Made by a program: the position numbers and the translations under genes. DNA of 62,293 nucleotides, the filler included. It is 3 parts of 3 records of this genome, joined end to end, with 100 filler letters (N's around TTAATTAATTAA, not from the genome) between each part and the next. Parts side by side here need not be neighbours in the genome. Positions count along the whole stretch, not along the records: positions 18,490 to 36,858 come from DRR378314_1408; 2 more parts are not named here. The stretch is one strand, 5' to 3'. Within the stretch, counting starts at the first letter, position 1. The number at the start of each line of letters is the position of its first letter. A model generated the notes under the pieces. The model saw only the letters and a list, made by a program, of their open reading frames with translations. It did no database searches and had not been told where the DNA came from. Of this stretch, positions 18,541-32,230 are shown piece after piece.

Positions 18541-19062
18541 ATGAAGACTCACTTGGTACCTTTGTTATCTGCGGGCATGCTTTTAGCACCTAGCGATGTC
18601 GATGCCATTCCAAATTGGTACAGTGTAAACGATTCGGTCATGGGCGGGCTTTCGACTAGTCAAGTTTACGAAAAGAATAACCACTTAGTCTTTGCAGGAA
18701 CTGTGTCACTTGAGAATAATGGCGGCTTTGCCTCTGTACGCACTATCATCAATACAGAAAATGAACCTTCTAAACAGATTGCATTGCGCGTAAAAGGTGA
18801 TGGCAAAACCTATCAACTTCGTTTAAGAACTAATCAATATATGGATGGCCCTGCTTATGCGGTTTCGTTTGATACACAAAAAGACCAATGGCAGGTTTTT
18901 ACATTTTCACCCAGTGATTTTATTTTGACCTTTCGTGGACGAGAGCTCGAACAACAACCAACTATTAACTTTTTAAAAATTAGTCAGTTGGGTTTTATGA
19001 TTGCTAAAAAACAGCAAGGTGAGTTTAAATTAGAAATTAGTGAAATTGCTTTTAATGGGTAG
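18541..19062 (+). CDS. CIA30 family protein
   Basis: W..VNDSVMGGLS, SLENNGGFAS, VKGDGKTY. Confidence 0.9.
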   Translation: MKTHLVPLLSAGMLLAPSDVDAIPNWYSVNDSVMGGLSTSQVYEKNNHLVFAGTVSLENNGGFASVRTIINTENEPSKQIALRVKGDGKTYQLRLRTNQYMDGPAYAVSFDTQKDQWQVFTFSPSDFILTFRGRELEQQPTINFLKISQLGFMIAKKQQGEFKLEISEIAFNG

Positions 19063-19157
19063 TATTATTTATTAGATTGTTTAGGCTATAAATAAGGGCT
19101 GATTATATTCAGCCCATGAGTAAGTAACATCCATAAAAGCGCTTTATATGGCTACTT

Positions 19158-19634
19158 TTACGACTCTACCTTTAATAATTCAACTTCAAAAATAAGTAAA
19201 GACGCAGGAGGAATGCTCCCTACACGCTTTTCACCATAAGCTAATTGGTGTGGAATATAAAAGGTGTATTTATCGCCCTCGCTCATTAATTGTAAGCCTT
19301 CAGTCCACCCCTTTATTACTTGGTGCAAGCCAAAACTAATCGGACTGTTTCGCTCAACTGAACTGTCAAAAACACTGCCATCAAGCAAGGTGCCATGGTA
19401 GTGAACGTTCACCATGCTTTTAGGGTTAGGTTTTACATCAGAGCCACTGCTGTACTCAATTTTGTATTGTAGCCCTGAAGCTGTCTCTGTTATGCCTTCA
19501 ACTTTAGTGTTGGTAGCTAAAAAGTCACTGCCAAGCTGCGCATTAGCAAGCGATTGTTGCTTAACTTTTTTACTGTTTTGAAAGATTAAGTAGCAAAATA
19601 TAGCGATAATTATCACTAAAATAATATTAATCAT
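19158..19634 (-). CDS. FKBP-type peptidyl-prolyl isomerase, N-terminally membrane-anchored
   Basis: TASGLQY, VHYHGTLLDGSVFDSS, VIKGWTEGL, LAYG, FEVELL. Confidence 0.93.
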   Translation of the reverse strand: MINIILVIIIAIFCYLIFQNSKKVKQQSLANAQLGSDFLATNTKVEGITETASGLQYKIEYSSGSDVKPNPKSMVNVHYHGTLLDGSVFDSSVERNSPISFGLHQVIKGWTEGLQLMSEGDKYTFYIPHQLAYGEKRVGSIPPASLLIFEVELLKVES

Positions 19635-22048
19635 GATTCTTCACTCTGTTCTTTTTCGTCTTCGTCACTATCGCCATTGACGATATCGGCAATATTATTT
19701 AATCGTGCTAAGGCAATGCCATTAACGGAATCTTCAGGGTAATGGCCATCAACCAGCTCACCAGCGTCAATATCCATTAATGCGTTAAGAGCTTGATCAA
19801 CTGTTTCGACGGCATAAATGTGAAATTTACCTCGTTCAACAGCGGTAAGTATTTCGTCATCGAGTACCAAGTTAACTTGGTTCGATTTAGGCACAATCAC
19901 ACCTTGCTGACCCGTTAAACCGCGCATTTTACAGAGTTTGAAAAAGCCTTCTATTTTTTCATTTACGCCACCGATGGCTTGTACATCACCATGTTGGTTA
20001 ATTGAGCCTGTTAGTGCAATTGATTGGCTTATTGGTAAGTTAGTAATTGCCGAAATCAGCGCACACAACTCAGCCAATGACGCGCTATCACCATCTATAT
20101 AGCCATAGCTTTGCTCGATAGCGATATTAGCACTGAGCGTTAAACTAAATTGCTGAGCGTACTTATTGCCCAAGTAACCGGTAAGTAGCATGACCCCTTT
20201 AGAGTGGATTGCTTTACCAAGCTCCGCTTCACGTTCTACGTCAATTACGCCATCAGCCCCAGCGTATACTGTGGCAGTAATACGTGCAGGCGTACCAAAT
20301 GATGTATCACCAATGTGTAATACAGTTAGGCCATTCACTTTACCCACGGCTTGGCCGTCAGTAGCGATTAGGGTGTGCCCTTCTTTAATGTCGCTGAGCA
20401 TGTTTTCGCTAATTTGCCCTGTGCGGTATTGCTTACCTTCAATTGCTTCATCAATATGATGAGCATCAATTAGGCTTAAATTATCTTGTTTGGTGTAAAA
20501 GCTGGCTTCTGCCACAAGCTCTAGCACGTCAGCAAAACGCGCTGATAGTTTATTATGGTGTTCAGCTTGGCGATAACTAAACTTAAGTAGTCTAACCATA
20601 GCTGATTCGGTCAAACTACACTTTAGCGTATCTAGGCAATACTCAGTCACTTTAGTGATAAACTGATATTGCAGTTTGTCACTACTAGGTAAGTAGTAAT
20701 CAAAGTCCGCTAACACTCTAAATAATTCAGCAAACTCTTCGTCGTACTCACCAATGGTGTAGTACAAATCTCGTGAGCCTAGCAAAATAATTTTCACATC
20801 AAGGGGTATTAACTGCGGACGAAGTGTAAAACTGCTGCCTACAGCACTGTCTTGATATGGTAGGTCATTTTTAATCTGATGCGTTTTTAATGACAGCTTT
20901 AAGCCATCCCACACTTGTGGGTTAGCCATGACTTTTTCAGCATCCATAATCAAATAGCCGCCATTAGCACGGTGAAGAGCCCCTGGCTGAATTGAGCGAT
21001 AGCTAGTGATCAACGAACCTTGCGACGCGGCATACTCTATCTTGCCAAAGATATTGCCAAACGTTGGGTTGGGTTCATAGACGACCGGCGCTGCATCGCC
21101 TTCTTTAAATTCGACCAAAATATTGGGCGCAAAAAAGTCGGTCAACATGCCTTTGCTATCAAAGTCTTCTTTGTTTTCTTCGCTGACATCTTCGTCGTCA
21201 AGCCATTCAAGAACCGCATCAATAATTTCAACTCGAATGTCTTTTAAATAACGAAGCACGCCGATATGAGCAGCGTATTTATGTTCTAAATCTTTTAACA
21301 ACGGTTTAGTCGCCAGCTCTGCAGTGGACTTTTTTAAATTCCGTAGTTTTTCTGAGGACTCACGTTTCCAACGAGGTAACTCTATTAATGCTTCGATTAA
21401 GGCATCTTCTAGTTTTTCGATAACCTCATAAAATTGCTCGCGCAAATCATCATCAAGGGCTGCAAATTCAGCATCACTTAACTGCTTGCCATTCACTAAC
21501 GGAGCAAACCCCACTACGCTTTTTTCTTCAATTAAAGCAACGCTCTGTTCAAGTGCAGCAATTTCAACTTCGGTGATTGCCGCGTCATAGGCGTCATTAA
21601 ACTCACGGTCTATTTTTTTCTTTTTACGCTGATAAGCTGGGTTATCAAATGCTGCCGGAAAAGTGTCGAGCACTTCATCAATAAACGAGTCGATATCATC
21701 GGCCAATTGCTTACTTTGCCCTGCTTGTAAAAACATCGCGATTGGCTCACGGTGATCATCGTAATTATTAACGTACAACCACTCATTTGGCGTCGGGCGG
21801 CCTTTACTGTGCGCCTCTAATTTATCTTTTACTAAAGTAAAGCGACCATGGGCAGCTTCCCCCATGACATACACATTGTAACCGGGAAGCTCCATCCCCA
21901 ATGAAAAATCCAGCGCACTTTGAGCGCGCTGTTGACCGATAAAAGTCAAGGTTTCAGGATACGGATTATTCATGCACGATTGCACATGATTAAGTGAAAT
22001 AGTCGGCGCTAACGCAGACACAGGTAATGGCAGCAGTTTTTTCGTCAT
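19631..22048 (-). CDS. Lon-like protease (AAA-like domain + Lon_C S16 domain)
   Basis: GALHRANGGYL, DGDSAS (catalytic Ser), IGGVNEK (catalytic Lys); start taken at ATG 22048. Confidence 0.9.
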   Translation of the reverse strand: MTKKLLPLPVSALAPTISLNHVQSCMNNPYPETLTFIGQQRAQSALDFSLGMELPGYNVYVMGEAAHGRFTLVKDKLEAHSKGRPTPNEWLYVNNYDDHREPIAMFLQAGQSKQLADDIDSFIDEVLDTFPAAFDNPAYQRKKKKIDREFNDAYDAAITEVEIAALEQSVALIEEKSVVGFAPLVNGKQLSDAEFAALDDDLREQFYEVIEKLEDALIEALIELPRWKRESSEKLRNLKKSTAELATKPLLKDLEHKYAAHIGVLRYLKDIRVEIIDAVLEWLDDEDVSEENKEDFDSKGMLTDFFAPNILVEFKEGDAAPVVYEPNPTFGNIFGKIEYAASQGSLITSYRSIQPGALHRANGGYLIMDAEKVMANPQVWDGLKLSLKTHQIKNDLPYQDSAVGSSFTLRPQLIPLDVKIILLGSRDLYYTIGEYDEEFAELFRVLADFDYYLPSSDKLQYQFITKVTEYCLDTLKCSLTESAMVRLLKFSYRQAEHHNKLSARFADVLELVAEASFYTKQDNLSLIDAHHIDEAIEGKQYRTGQISENMLSDIKEGHTLIATDGQAVGKVNGLTVLHIGDTSFGTPARITATVYAGADGVIDVEREAELGKAIHSKGVMLLTGYLGNKYAQQFSLTLSANIAIEQSYGYIDGDSASLAELCALISAITNLPISQSIALTGSINQHGDVQAIGGVNEKIEGFFKLCKMRGLTGQQGVIVPKSNQVNLVLDDEILTAVERGKFHIYAVETVDQALNALMDIDAGELVDGHYPEDSVNGIALARLNNIADIVNGDSDEDEKEQSEES

Positions 22049-22122
22049 TCTAACTTCTTTTTGTATCAGCACATCAGCTGATTAATTTTAATAGCGGCAA
22101 AGCGATGGGCCAACCCACTATT

Positions 22123-22581
22123 TTATGGTTGTAATGCCTTACGAGAAAAATAGATACCGTCGCACTGCGAACAAGCTCTAATTTGCGTGGCATGATAAAT
22201 ATCATAACTATGGCTGCAATTCTTACATACTAATGTGCCCATGGCTATCCATTCACCTTGGTGATAAACGCCATTATGCTTAAAATCTTGGTTTAATGCG
22301 TGCCATTCTAGTTGGGTTTTATCTTCTATGTGTGAAAGTTCAAACCACAAAGATTCCTTAAGCTCTTGCCATGCAAGTGAATCATAGTGATTGTCGTTTT
22401 CTTTAATGTGTTCAATGTCACGTTTTAAGTATTCGCGGTACAGCGTTAGCTTTTCTTGACCTAATTGCTTGAGTGCTTGTTCAGATTCAACAAACTTATC
22501 CATTGCACCTTTAAGCTCGTGCTCTTTTACATCTTTTAACCAGGCACTTAAATCTGTTAACCATGCTTTATAATCAGCCAT
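22123..22581 (-). CDS. zinc-ribbon protein (YbeL/DUF1451)
   Basis: DKTQLEW, YHQGE...CKNC...CSQC; divergent from leuS. Confidence 0.85.
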   Translation of the reverse strand: MADYKAWLTDLSAWLKDVKEHELKGAMDKFVESEQALKQLGQEKLTLYREYLKRDIEHIKENDNHYDSLAWQELKESLWFELSHIEDKTQLEWHALNQDFKHNGVYHQGEWIAMGTLVCKNCSHSYDIYHATQIRACSQCDGIYFSRKALQP

Positions 22582-22766
22582 TATGTACTCCTTTAAAACT
22601 ACGTTAAATCAGTGTTTACCTTAAACAAGTATAGGTTAACCTGCCCTGAAAACTAATTAAGTCATGAATTTATAAAATCCGCTTATTTGCCGCTGTGATT
22701 AGTACTATTTTTGGGGTATCCTATTCGGCAATTTTTTACTAGTTTGCAAGAAGTCTGGAATCATAG

Positions 22767-25355
<2,589 letters not shown>

Positions 25356-25356
25356 T

Positions 25357-25851
25357 ATGGCATCATTCAATGCCTTTAAAAACGGACTAGCCTTAGTGCT
25401 AGTCTGTTTTTTACTTACCAGCTGTAGCTTTCACTTAAAAAAAGCGTCGAGCTTACCTGATGATTTAAAAATCATGACTCTTCATGGGGATGATGAAAAG
25501 TCAGCTCTTTTTGCCATCCTTGAAAAAGAACTCACTTTAAGCAAAGTTGAATTGCAATCAGAACCTGCAAAAAATGTTGCACAACTGTATTTGTCTAAAG
25601 ACCGTTTAGAGCGCCAGATTTTGTCGTTATTTAAAAATGGTCAGGTGGCCGAATACGAACTCGCTTACAGTGTTGCATACACCCTAAAACGCCCAGGCCT
25701 TGATCCAATCGAGCAAAGTTTTGAGCTATACCGCAATTACCAAGATGACCCAGATAACGCACTTGCGAAAGCCAAAGAACTTGATTTATTGCTTAATGAA
25801 ATACGTAAGCAAGCAAGTCGTAGGATAGTACGAGAGTTGTCACAACTATAA
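25357..25851 (+). CDS. lptE: LPS assembly lipoprotein LptE
   Basis: Lipobox LTSC-SFHL; position between leuS and holA. Confidence 0.9.
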   Translation: MASFNAFKNGLALVLVCFLLTSCSFHLKKASSLPDDLKIMTLHGDDEKSALFAILEKELTLSKVELQSEPAKNVAQLYLSKDRLERQILSLFKNGQVAEYELAYSVAYTLKRPGLDPIEQSFELYRNYQDDPDNALAKAKELDLLLNEIRKQASRRIVRELSQL

Positions 25852-26888
25852 TGCGCTGTTACGCTAACCAATTATCGAGTGAATTAAATAAAGCACTCCA
25901 GCCTTTTTATTTAGTGTTTGGTGAAGAGCCTTTTCAAATAGCGCAATGCGCACAACAAATTCGCTCAAAAGCCAAGCAGCAAGGCTTTGACGAAGTCATA
26001 AAATTTACATTGATGCCCGGCTTTGATTGGCAAGAGTTAATCGCGCAATATCAAAGTATGTCGTTATTTAGTGCTCGTACTTTAATTGAGCTTGATCTCA
26101 ATTATCAAAAACCTGGCACTGTTGGCAGCCAAACATTTAAAAAACTGGTTGAACTCAATAACCCCGACACACTTCTAATAGTAACTGGCGCCAAAGCAAG
26201 CCAAGAAATTCAGCGCAGTGCATGGTTTAAAGCGTTAGATAAAAACGGTGTATTTGTCCCTTGCTACCCATTATCTGGCAATCACCTACAACGTTGGCTC
26301 GATGAGCAGTGCAACCGTTTATCAATTAATATGCAAAATGATGCTAAACGTACGCTGATTGATGCAACTGAAGGTAATTTACTCGCTTGTTTTCAAGAGC
26401 TTGAAAAACTATCATTGCTTCACGGAAGTGCGCTTATTGATCAACAATTAGTACTTCAAGGTTTACTTAATCAAGCTAAATTCGATATTTTCGATTTAAG
26501 TGATGCACTCTTGCAAGGTAATAACCGCCAAGCAATTAAAATTCTCACCAAGCTTGCAGATCATAATACTGAAGCGGTCACTATTTTATGGGCTATAAAC
26601 AAAGAAGCAAATACACTATTGAGTTTGCAATTAGGCCTATTACAAGGCGAGAGTTTAACAAGTTTATTTAAACAAAAAGCGATTTGGAAAAACCAGCAAG
26701 GGCCTGTTAATCAAGCGCTAAACCGCTTATCTATACAAACACTTGAGCATCTGATCAGTTTGCTCGCACAATTTGATGCAAGTTATAAGCAAGGCACCTT
26801 GATTAAACCATACCAAGCTCTGGCGCATATATGCCTCGTTTTTTGCCAACCGGTTGATGTTGCTCTCCCCGCTCACCCACTTGTTTAA
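25851..26888 (+). CDS. holA: DNA polymerase III delta subunit
   Basis: YLVFGEEP, SMSLFS, EGNLLA..QELEKL; synteny. Confidence 0.93.
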   Translation: MRCYANQLSSELNKALQPFYLVFGEEPFQIAQCAQQIRSKAKQQGFDEVIKFTLMPGFDWQELIAQYQSMSLFSARTLIELDLNYQKPGTVGSQTFKKLVELNNPDTLLIVTGAKASQEIQRSAWFKALDKNGVFVPCYPLSGNHLQRWLDEQCNRLSINMQNDAKRTLIDATEGNLLACFQELEKLSLLHGSALIDQQLVLQGLLNQAKFDIFDLSDALLQGNNRQAIKILTKLADHNTEAVTILWAINKEANTLLSLQLGLLQGESLTSLFKQKAIWKNQQGPVNQALNRLSIQTLEHLISLLAQFDASYKQGTLIKPYQALAHICLVFCQPVDVALPAHPLV

Positions 26889-26902
26889 AATTAGGAGCCA
26901 AA

Positions 26903-27538
26903 ATGATTGCACTATTTGGTGGTACATTCGACCCCATTCATTTAGGCCATATCAATATGGCTAAGCAATGTGTTGAGCACTTGAACCTTCGTTATTTACA
27001 ATTTATGCCATGTGCCATTCCTGCACATAAAGCGGTACCAGGGATCAGCAACGAAGATCGCATTGCAATGTTACAGGCTGCTATTGAACCTTATGATTAT
27101 TTTTCACTCGACTTGCGTGAGCTAAAACGCCAAGGACCCTCTTATTCGCTATTGAGCTTAAAAGAATTACGCAATGAATACCCTCACGAACCCATTTTAT
27201 TTTTAATTGGCCTTGATTCGTTTAATACGCTTGATAAATGGTTTGAATGGCAAGCAATTACACAGCTTTGTCACCTTGTTGTCTTTCAACGCCCTAATCA
27301 AAATATTAATTTGAGCACGCAGCTTATTGATTATAAAAAAAAGGCCCTTACAACATCATCTGACACGCTTCGCTCTGAACGTGCTGGGAGACTGTATTTC
27401 TTACCTGGTCAAATGATGGATATTGCGTCGAGCGATATTCGAAAAAAACTAAAAAAAGGCCAATCGTGTGAGGAACTTCTTCCTACTGCGGTGAGTCAGT
27501 ACATAAACGATCATCAACTTTATCTAAGTGGTGAATAA
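26903..27538 (+). CDS. nadD: nicotinate-nucleotide adenylyltransferase
   Basis: GGTFDPIHLGH, LIGLDS, IASSDIR; AGGAG SD. Confidence 0.95.
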   Translation: MIALFGGTFDPIHLGHINMAKQCVEHLNLRYLQFMPCAIPAHKAVPGISNEDRIAMLQAAIEPYDYFSLDLRELKRQGPSYSLLSLKELRNEYPHEPILFLIGLDSFNTLDKWFEWQAITQLCHLVVFQRPNQNINLSTQLIDYKKKALTTSSDTLRSERAGRLYFLPGQMMDIASSDIRKKLKKGQSCEELLPTAVSQYINDHQLYLSGE

Positions 27539-27592
27539 AAATCACCAGCGTGATAAAATAACAGCTATTCCCTTTTTTAATGAGATAACACT

Positions 27593-27910
27593 TTGGATTC
27601 GAAACAACTACTCGCCTTTGCACTAGACAAAATTGACGATATGAAAGCCCGTGATGTGGTTCAGATTGATGTAAAAGGCAACTCTGACATTACTGACTAT
27701 ATGCTTGTTTGTTCAGGTAACTCTAAACGTCATGTGCAATCAATTGCTGATCATGTTGCTAAAGAAGCGCGTCATGCCGGTGAAGAGCCTCTTGGATACG
27801 AAGGTCAAAATGAAGGCGAATGGGTTCTGGTAGATTTAGGTGATGTAGTCGTACACGTGATGCAAGATCAAGCACGTAGCTACTATGACCTAGAAAAGCT
27901 CTGGAGCTAA
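27593..27910 (+). CDS. rsfS: ribosome silencing factor
   Basis: DDMKARD, SGNSKRHV, WVLVDLGDVVVHV, YDLEKLW. Confidence 0.95.
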   Translation: MDSKQLLAFALDKIDDMKARDVVQIDVKGNSDITDYMLVCSGNSKRHVQSIADHVAKEARHAGEEPLGYEGQNEGEWVLVDLGDVVVHVMQDQARSYYDLEKLWS

Positions 27911-27946
27911 TAGCCCTTTATTTAAACTGAGTTTGGAAGGACACGC

Positions 27947-28417
27947 GTGAAAATACAAATGATTGCCGTTGGTACAAAAATGCCAGCGTGGGTAGAGACC
28001 GGGTTCGCAGAATACCAGCGTCGCTTTCCAAAAGATATGGCATTAGAACTTATTGAAATCCCAGCAGGAAAGCGCGGCAAAAATGCCGACATAAAGCGGA
28101 TTTTACATATCGAAGGCGAAAAAACCCTTGCGGCAATACCTAAAGGTAATCGTATTGTGACACTTGAAGTCACCGGCAAAGCACTTGATACACACCAACT
28201 AGCAAAAAATATGGAAAAGTGGCAACTGGATGGCCGCGATGTAAGTTTGTTGATTGGTGGTCCGGAAGGATTAGCACCAGAATGTATTGCAGCCTCCGAA
28301 CAAAAGTGGTCATTATCGAACTTGACCTTGCCGCACCCATTAGTGCGCATTATTGTAGCTGAAAGCTTGTATCGAGGATGGAGTTTAAACAATAACCATC
28401 CTTATCATCGCGAGTAA
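27947..28417 (+). CDS. rlmH: 23S rRNA pseudouridine-1915 methyltransferase
   Basis: [21 protein letters not shown]. Confidence 0.96.
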   Translation: MKIQMIAVGTKMPAWVETGFAEYQRRFPKDMALELIEIPAGKRGKNADIKRILHIEGEKTLAAIPKGNRIVTLEVTGKALDTHQLAKNMEKWQLDGRDVSLLIGGPEGLAPECIAASEQKWSLSNLTLPHPLVRIIVAESLYRGWSLNNNHPYHRE

Positions 28418-28422
28418 TCAAC

Positions 28423-30303
28423 ATGCTCAAACGAAGACCCACAATTCGAGATCACTCAGCAGAGGCTAATCTGTTTGCACGTCGCGCATTTGTGGGTTTT
28501 GTTTTCGTTACTATTCTTGTCGCTATATTACTTTCAAATTTGTACACCATCCAAGTTGATGATCACCAAGATTATCAAACGCGTTCGAACGACAATCGCA
28601 TAAAGGTTATTCCAATTGCACCCAATAGAGGTCTTATATATGACCGAAATGGTGTGCTTCTTGCCGAAAACAAGCCTGTTTATAACCTTGAAGTTATACC
28701 CGAAGATGTTAAGAATCTTGATGACTCGTTAGCAGCCATTAGTCAACTCATCGCTATTTCTGATCAGCAAAAAAATGACTTTCTTAACGACATCAAGCAT
28801 AACCGCCGCTTTAAAAGCCAAGTATTAAAAGCGCGACTGAACGAATCTGAAGTCGCTAAATTCTCGGTTAACCAGCATAAATTCCCTGGTTTTAGTATTG
28901 AGGCCCGTCTTGCTCGTTACTACCCTTATGCCGACACGCTGACCCATGCGCTTGGGTATGTTGCTAAATTAAACAAAAAAGAGCTCGCTAGGCTCGAAAT
29001 GGATGATCAAGCCACCAATTACAGAGCAACTCATGACATTGGTAAACTTGGTATTGAAAAGTATTATGAACAACTGTTACATGGGCAAGTAGGTTCACAG
29101 CGTGTTGAAGTAAACAACCGAGGACGTGTAATTCGAACGCTGAGTATGACGCCACCCGAACCAGGCCATGATTTAGTGTTAACACTCGATATTGGATTAC
29201 AACAAATTGCACAACATGCATTAAAAGACATGCGCGGTGCAATTGTGGTGATGGACGCAAAAGACGGTGGCGTTTTGGCGCTTTATTCGAACCCAAGCTA
29301 CGACCCAAATTTGTTTGTTCATGGTATCAGTAGTAAAAATTATAAAGCATTACTAAACCCCGACCGTCCACTTATAAATAGAACAACTCAAGGGCGATAT
29401 GCACCGGCATCAACTGTAAAACCGCACCTTGCTATACTTGCTCTTGAAGAAGGTTTAGTAACAGAGCAAACAAAAATGTGGGATCCTGGTTTTTTTCAAA
29501 TCCCCAATGTAGAACACAAATGGCGTGACTGGAAGCGCTGGGGCCATGGTCATGTTGATGTTTACAAAGCAATTGAAGAGTCATGTGATACCTATTTTTA
29601 TGACACGGCTTATCGTTTGGGGATCACCAAAATCAGCAACTTTATGGCGCAATTTGGCTTCGGTGATTTAACAGGCATTGATATTCACGAAGAAACTAGC
29701 GCTATTTTACCATCAAAAGAATGGAAAGAAGGCCGCTTTCGTGAGTCGTGGTGGCGAGGAGATACTATTTCCGTCGGAATTGGACAAGGTTACTGGACAG
29801 CCACGCCTATGCAGATTGCAAACGCAACTAATATTCTCGTTAATAAGGGCCGTAATTTCCCACCCCACTTAGTCCAAGTTGCAAAAAAAGAAGATGAAGT
29901 AACGCAAATAAATAATGAAGAAAAGCCTCCCGTTGAATTGAAAAATGCTGATCACTGGCGTATTGCTCTGGATGCAATGCATAATACTGTGCATAAAGTA
30001 ACGGGAACGGCTCACAAAGCATTCAGGGGGGCAACTTATGATCCGGCAGGTAAAACTGGTACAGCTCAAGTAGTCAGTATCGCCCAAGGTGAGCGTTACG
30101 ATGCAGAATCACTCAAAGAAAGACAACGCGACAATGCAATTTATATTGGTTTTGCCCCGTACAAAGACCCTCAAATTGTGGTTTCAGTGGTGGTAGAAAA
30201 TACCGGTGGAGGTAGCTCTGTTGGCGCCCCTATTGCTCGTCAGTTAATGGATTATTATTTTTCAGCAAATCCTCTAACGATTGCAAGGAGTGCTAAACAA
30301 TAA
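28423..30303 (+). CDS. mrdA: penicillin-binding protein 2
   Basis: STVK, SCD and KTG motifs. Confidence 0.96.
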   Translation: MLKRRPTIRDHSAEANLFARRAFVGFVFVTILVAILLSNLYTIQVDDHQDYQTRSNDNRIKVIPIAPNRGLIYDRNGVLLAENKPVYNLEVIPEDVKNLDDSLAAISQLIAISDQQKNDFLNDIKHNRRFKSQVLKARLNESEVAKFSVNQHKFPGFSIEARLARYYPYADTLTHALGYVAKLNKKELARLEMDDQATNYRATHDIGKLGIEKYYEQLLHGQVGSQRVEVNNRGRVIRTLSMTPPEPGHDLVLTLDIGLQQIAQHALKDMRGAIVVMDAKDGGVLALYSNPSYDPNLFVHGISSKNYKALLNPDRPLINRTTQGRYAPASTVKPHLAILALEEGLVTEQTKMWDPGFFQIPNVEHKWRDWKRWGHGHVDVYKAIEESCDTYFYDTAYRLGITKISNFMAQFGFGDLTGIDIHEETSAILPSKEWKEGRFRESWWRGDTISVGIGQGYWTATPMQIANATNILVNKGRNFPPHLVQVAKKEDEVTQINNEEKPPVELKNADHWRIALDAMHNTVHKVTGTAHKAFRGATYDPAGKTGTAQVVSIAQGERYDAESLKERQRDNAIYIGFAPYKDPQIVVSVVVENTGGGSSVGAPIARQLMDYYFSANPLTIARSAKQ

Positions 30304-31406
30304 TGCAATTACATGATAAGCGGTCTATTTGGGATAAATTACATTTAGATTTACCTCTGCTACTTGCATTGGTTTGTATGATGGTTGCCAGTTTAACTAT
30401 TGTTTACAGCGCAAGTGGTCAAAATGAAGCAATGATGCTTCGCCACGCTACCCGCATGGCCGCAGCTGTTATAGCGATGATTGTCTTAGCGCAATTTAGC
30501 CCAGCGACACTGAAGCGGCTAGTGATCCCTTTGTACTGCTTAGGGCTACTCATGTTGGTTGGGGTGATACTTTTTGGTGTTAGCTCAAAAGGTGCGCAGC
30601 GCTGGTTGGATTTAGGAGTCACTCGCTTTCAACCGTCCGAGCTAATGAAGCTGGCCGTCCCAATGATGGTTGCATGGTATATCGGGCGAAATCACCTCCC
30701 TCCGAGAGCATTACATTTAATGGTTGGCTTTGCCATCGTGATTTTACCCACTTTACTTATAATGGAGCAGCCAGATCTTGGCACATCTATTCTGATAGCA
30801 AGTTCAGGTATATTTGTCATATTTTTATCAGGACTAAGTTGGCGTCTAATTGGGTTTTTAACAGGCTTGGTTACCTTATCCGCTTGGCCTTTTTGGCATT
30901 ACGGAATGCATGCATATCAAAAGCAACGTGTACTGACCTTATTTAATCCTGAAAGTGACCCTTTAGGTTCTGGTTATCATATAATCCAGTCTAAAATAGC
31001 CATTGGTTCTGGCGGAATTGAAGGTAAAGGCTGGCTACAAGGTACACAATCACAACTCGAGTTTTTACCTGAGCGCCACACTGATTTTATTTTTTCAGTT
31101 CTCAGTGAAGAGTTTGGTCTGTTTGGCGTATGTTTGCTGCTATGTATGTATTTATTTATTATAGGCCGCGGTTTATACATTGCCGTCAATGCGCAAGATG
31201 CGTTTGGTAAGTTGCTCGCAGGTGCTCTGACCCTTACTTTTTTCGTTTATGTATTTGTAAACATTGGTATGGTATCTGGGCTCTTACCGGTTGTCGGCGT
31301 CCCTTTGCCGCTGATAAGTTATGGTGGAACGTCAATGGTTACACTGATGGCTGGCTTTGGCATAATTATGTCGATTGCCACTGATAAGAGGATGCTTTTA
31401 AAATAA
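30303..31406 (+). CDS. rodA: rod shape-determining protein RodA
   Basis: FQPSELMK, QPDLGT, PERHTDF, SYGGTS. Confidence 0.96.
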   Translation: MQLHDKRSIWDKLHLDLPLLLALVCMMVASLTIVYSASGQNEAMMLRHATRMAAAVIAMIVLAQFSPATLKRLVIPLYCLGLLMLVGVILFGVSSKGAQRWLDLGVTRFQPSELMKLAVPMMVAWYIGRNHLPPRALHLMVGFAIVILPTLLIMEQPDLGTSILIASSGIFVIFLSGLSWRLIGFLTGLVTLSAWPFWHYGMHAYQKQRVLTLFNPESDPLGSGYHIIQSKIAIGSGGIEGKGWLQGTQSQLEFLPERHTDFIFSVLSEEFGLFGVCLLLCMYLFIIGRGLYIAVNAQDAFGKLLAGALTLTFFVYVFVNIGMVSGLLPVVGVPLPLISYGGTSMVTLMAGFGIIMSIATDKRMLLK

Positions 31407-32185
31407 TGAAGTGGATGTTGAAGTATATAAGCCTGATGCTTATTGCGCTTATTGTAAGCGGCTGTAGTAGTTCAGGAAGTAAAACAGATCACAGTAGTCG
31501 TTATAGCATGAGGCATGATGCTGCGCCTTTACGCGCACCAACCGTTTTAGAAATGCAGGATGCTGTTGTAACTGAAGTAATAAAAAGTGCAAGCGCCGGC
31601 CGCCCTTACACTGTACTTGGTAAAAGCTATACCCCCATGCTGGATGAAACGGGCTACGAAGAAGAAGGAATAGCCTCGTGGTATGGCCGAAAATTTCACG
31701 GTTATCACACATCAAACGGTGAAATCTATGATATGTTTGCCATGACTGCAGCACATAAAACTTTGCCCTTGCCGAGCTTTGTTCGAGTCACTAATACCGC
31801 CAATGGTAAATCTGCCATTGTTCGCGTCAATGATCGAGGCCCTTTTCATGATGATAGAATCATAGATTTATCATACGCAGCGGCTTATAAGCTTGGTTAT
31901 TACAATCATGGTACAGCCAAGGTTAAGCTTGAGGCAATTACACTAGCGCATTCGCCTACACGCCCTAGTTATATTCAAGTTGCAGCGGGAAGCACATTAG
32001 CAAATATTGAAGCACTTGCCTCAACCCTGCGCCAACAATATAATTTACCTACAAGTATTGTAGAAAAAGATGCCATTTATAGGTTGCGACTTGGACCAAT
32101 TAAAAACGCTGAAGAAGCTCAGCAAGTGCTAGAAAAATTAAAACAAAACCAATTTCAAAACGCGTTCTTGCTTTACAGCCAGTAA
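31406..32185 (+). CDS. rlpA: septal ring lytic transglycosylase RlpA
   Basis: Lipobox, ASWYG, TAAHKTLP, VNDRGPF, C-terminal SPOR domain. Confidence 0.94.
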   Translation: MKWMLKYISLMLIALIVSGCSSSGSKTDHSSRYSMRHDAAPLRAPTVLEMQDAVVTEVIKSASAGRPYTVLGKSYTPMLDETGYEEEGIASWYGRKFHGYHTSNGEIYDMFAMTAAHKTLPLPSFVRVTNTANGKSAIVRVNDRGPFHDDRIIDLSYAAAYKLGYYNHGTAKVKLEAITLAHSPTRPSYIQVAAGSTLANIEALASTLRQQYNLPTSIVEKDAIYRLRLGPIKNAEEAQQVLEKLKQNQFQNAFLLYSQ

Positions 32186-32230
32186 GCGCTTTAGAATGAG
32201 AACAACGCGAATCTTTAACTTTAACCATTA

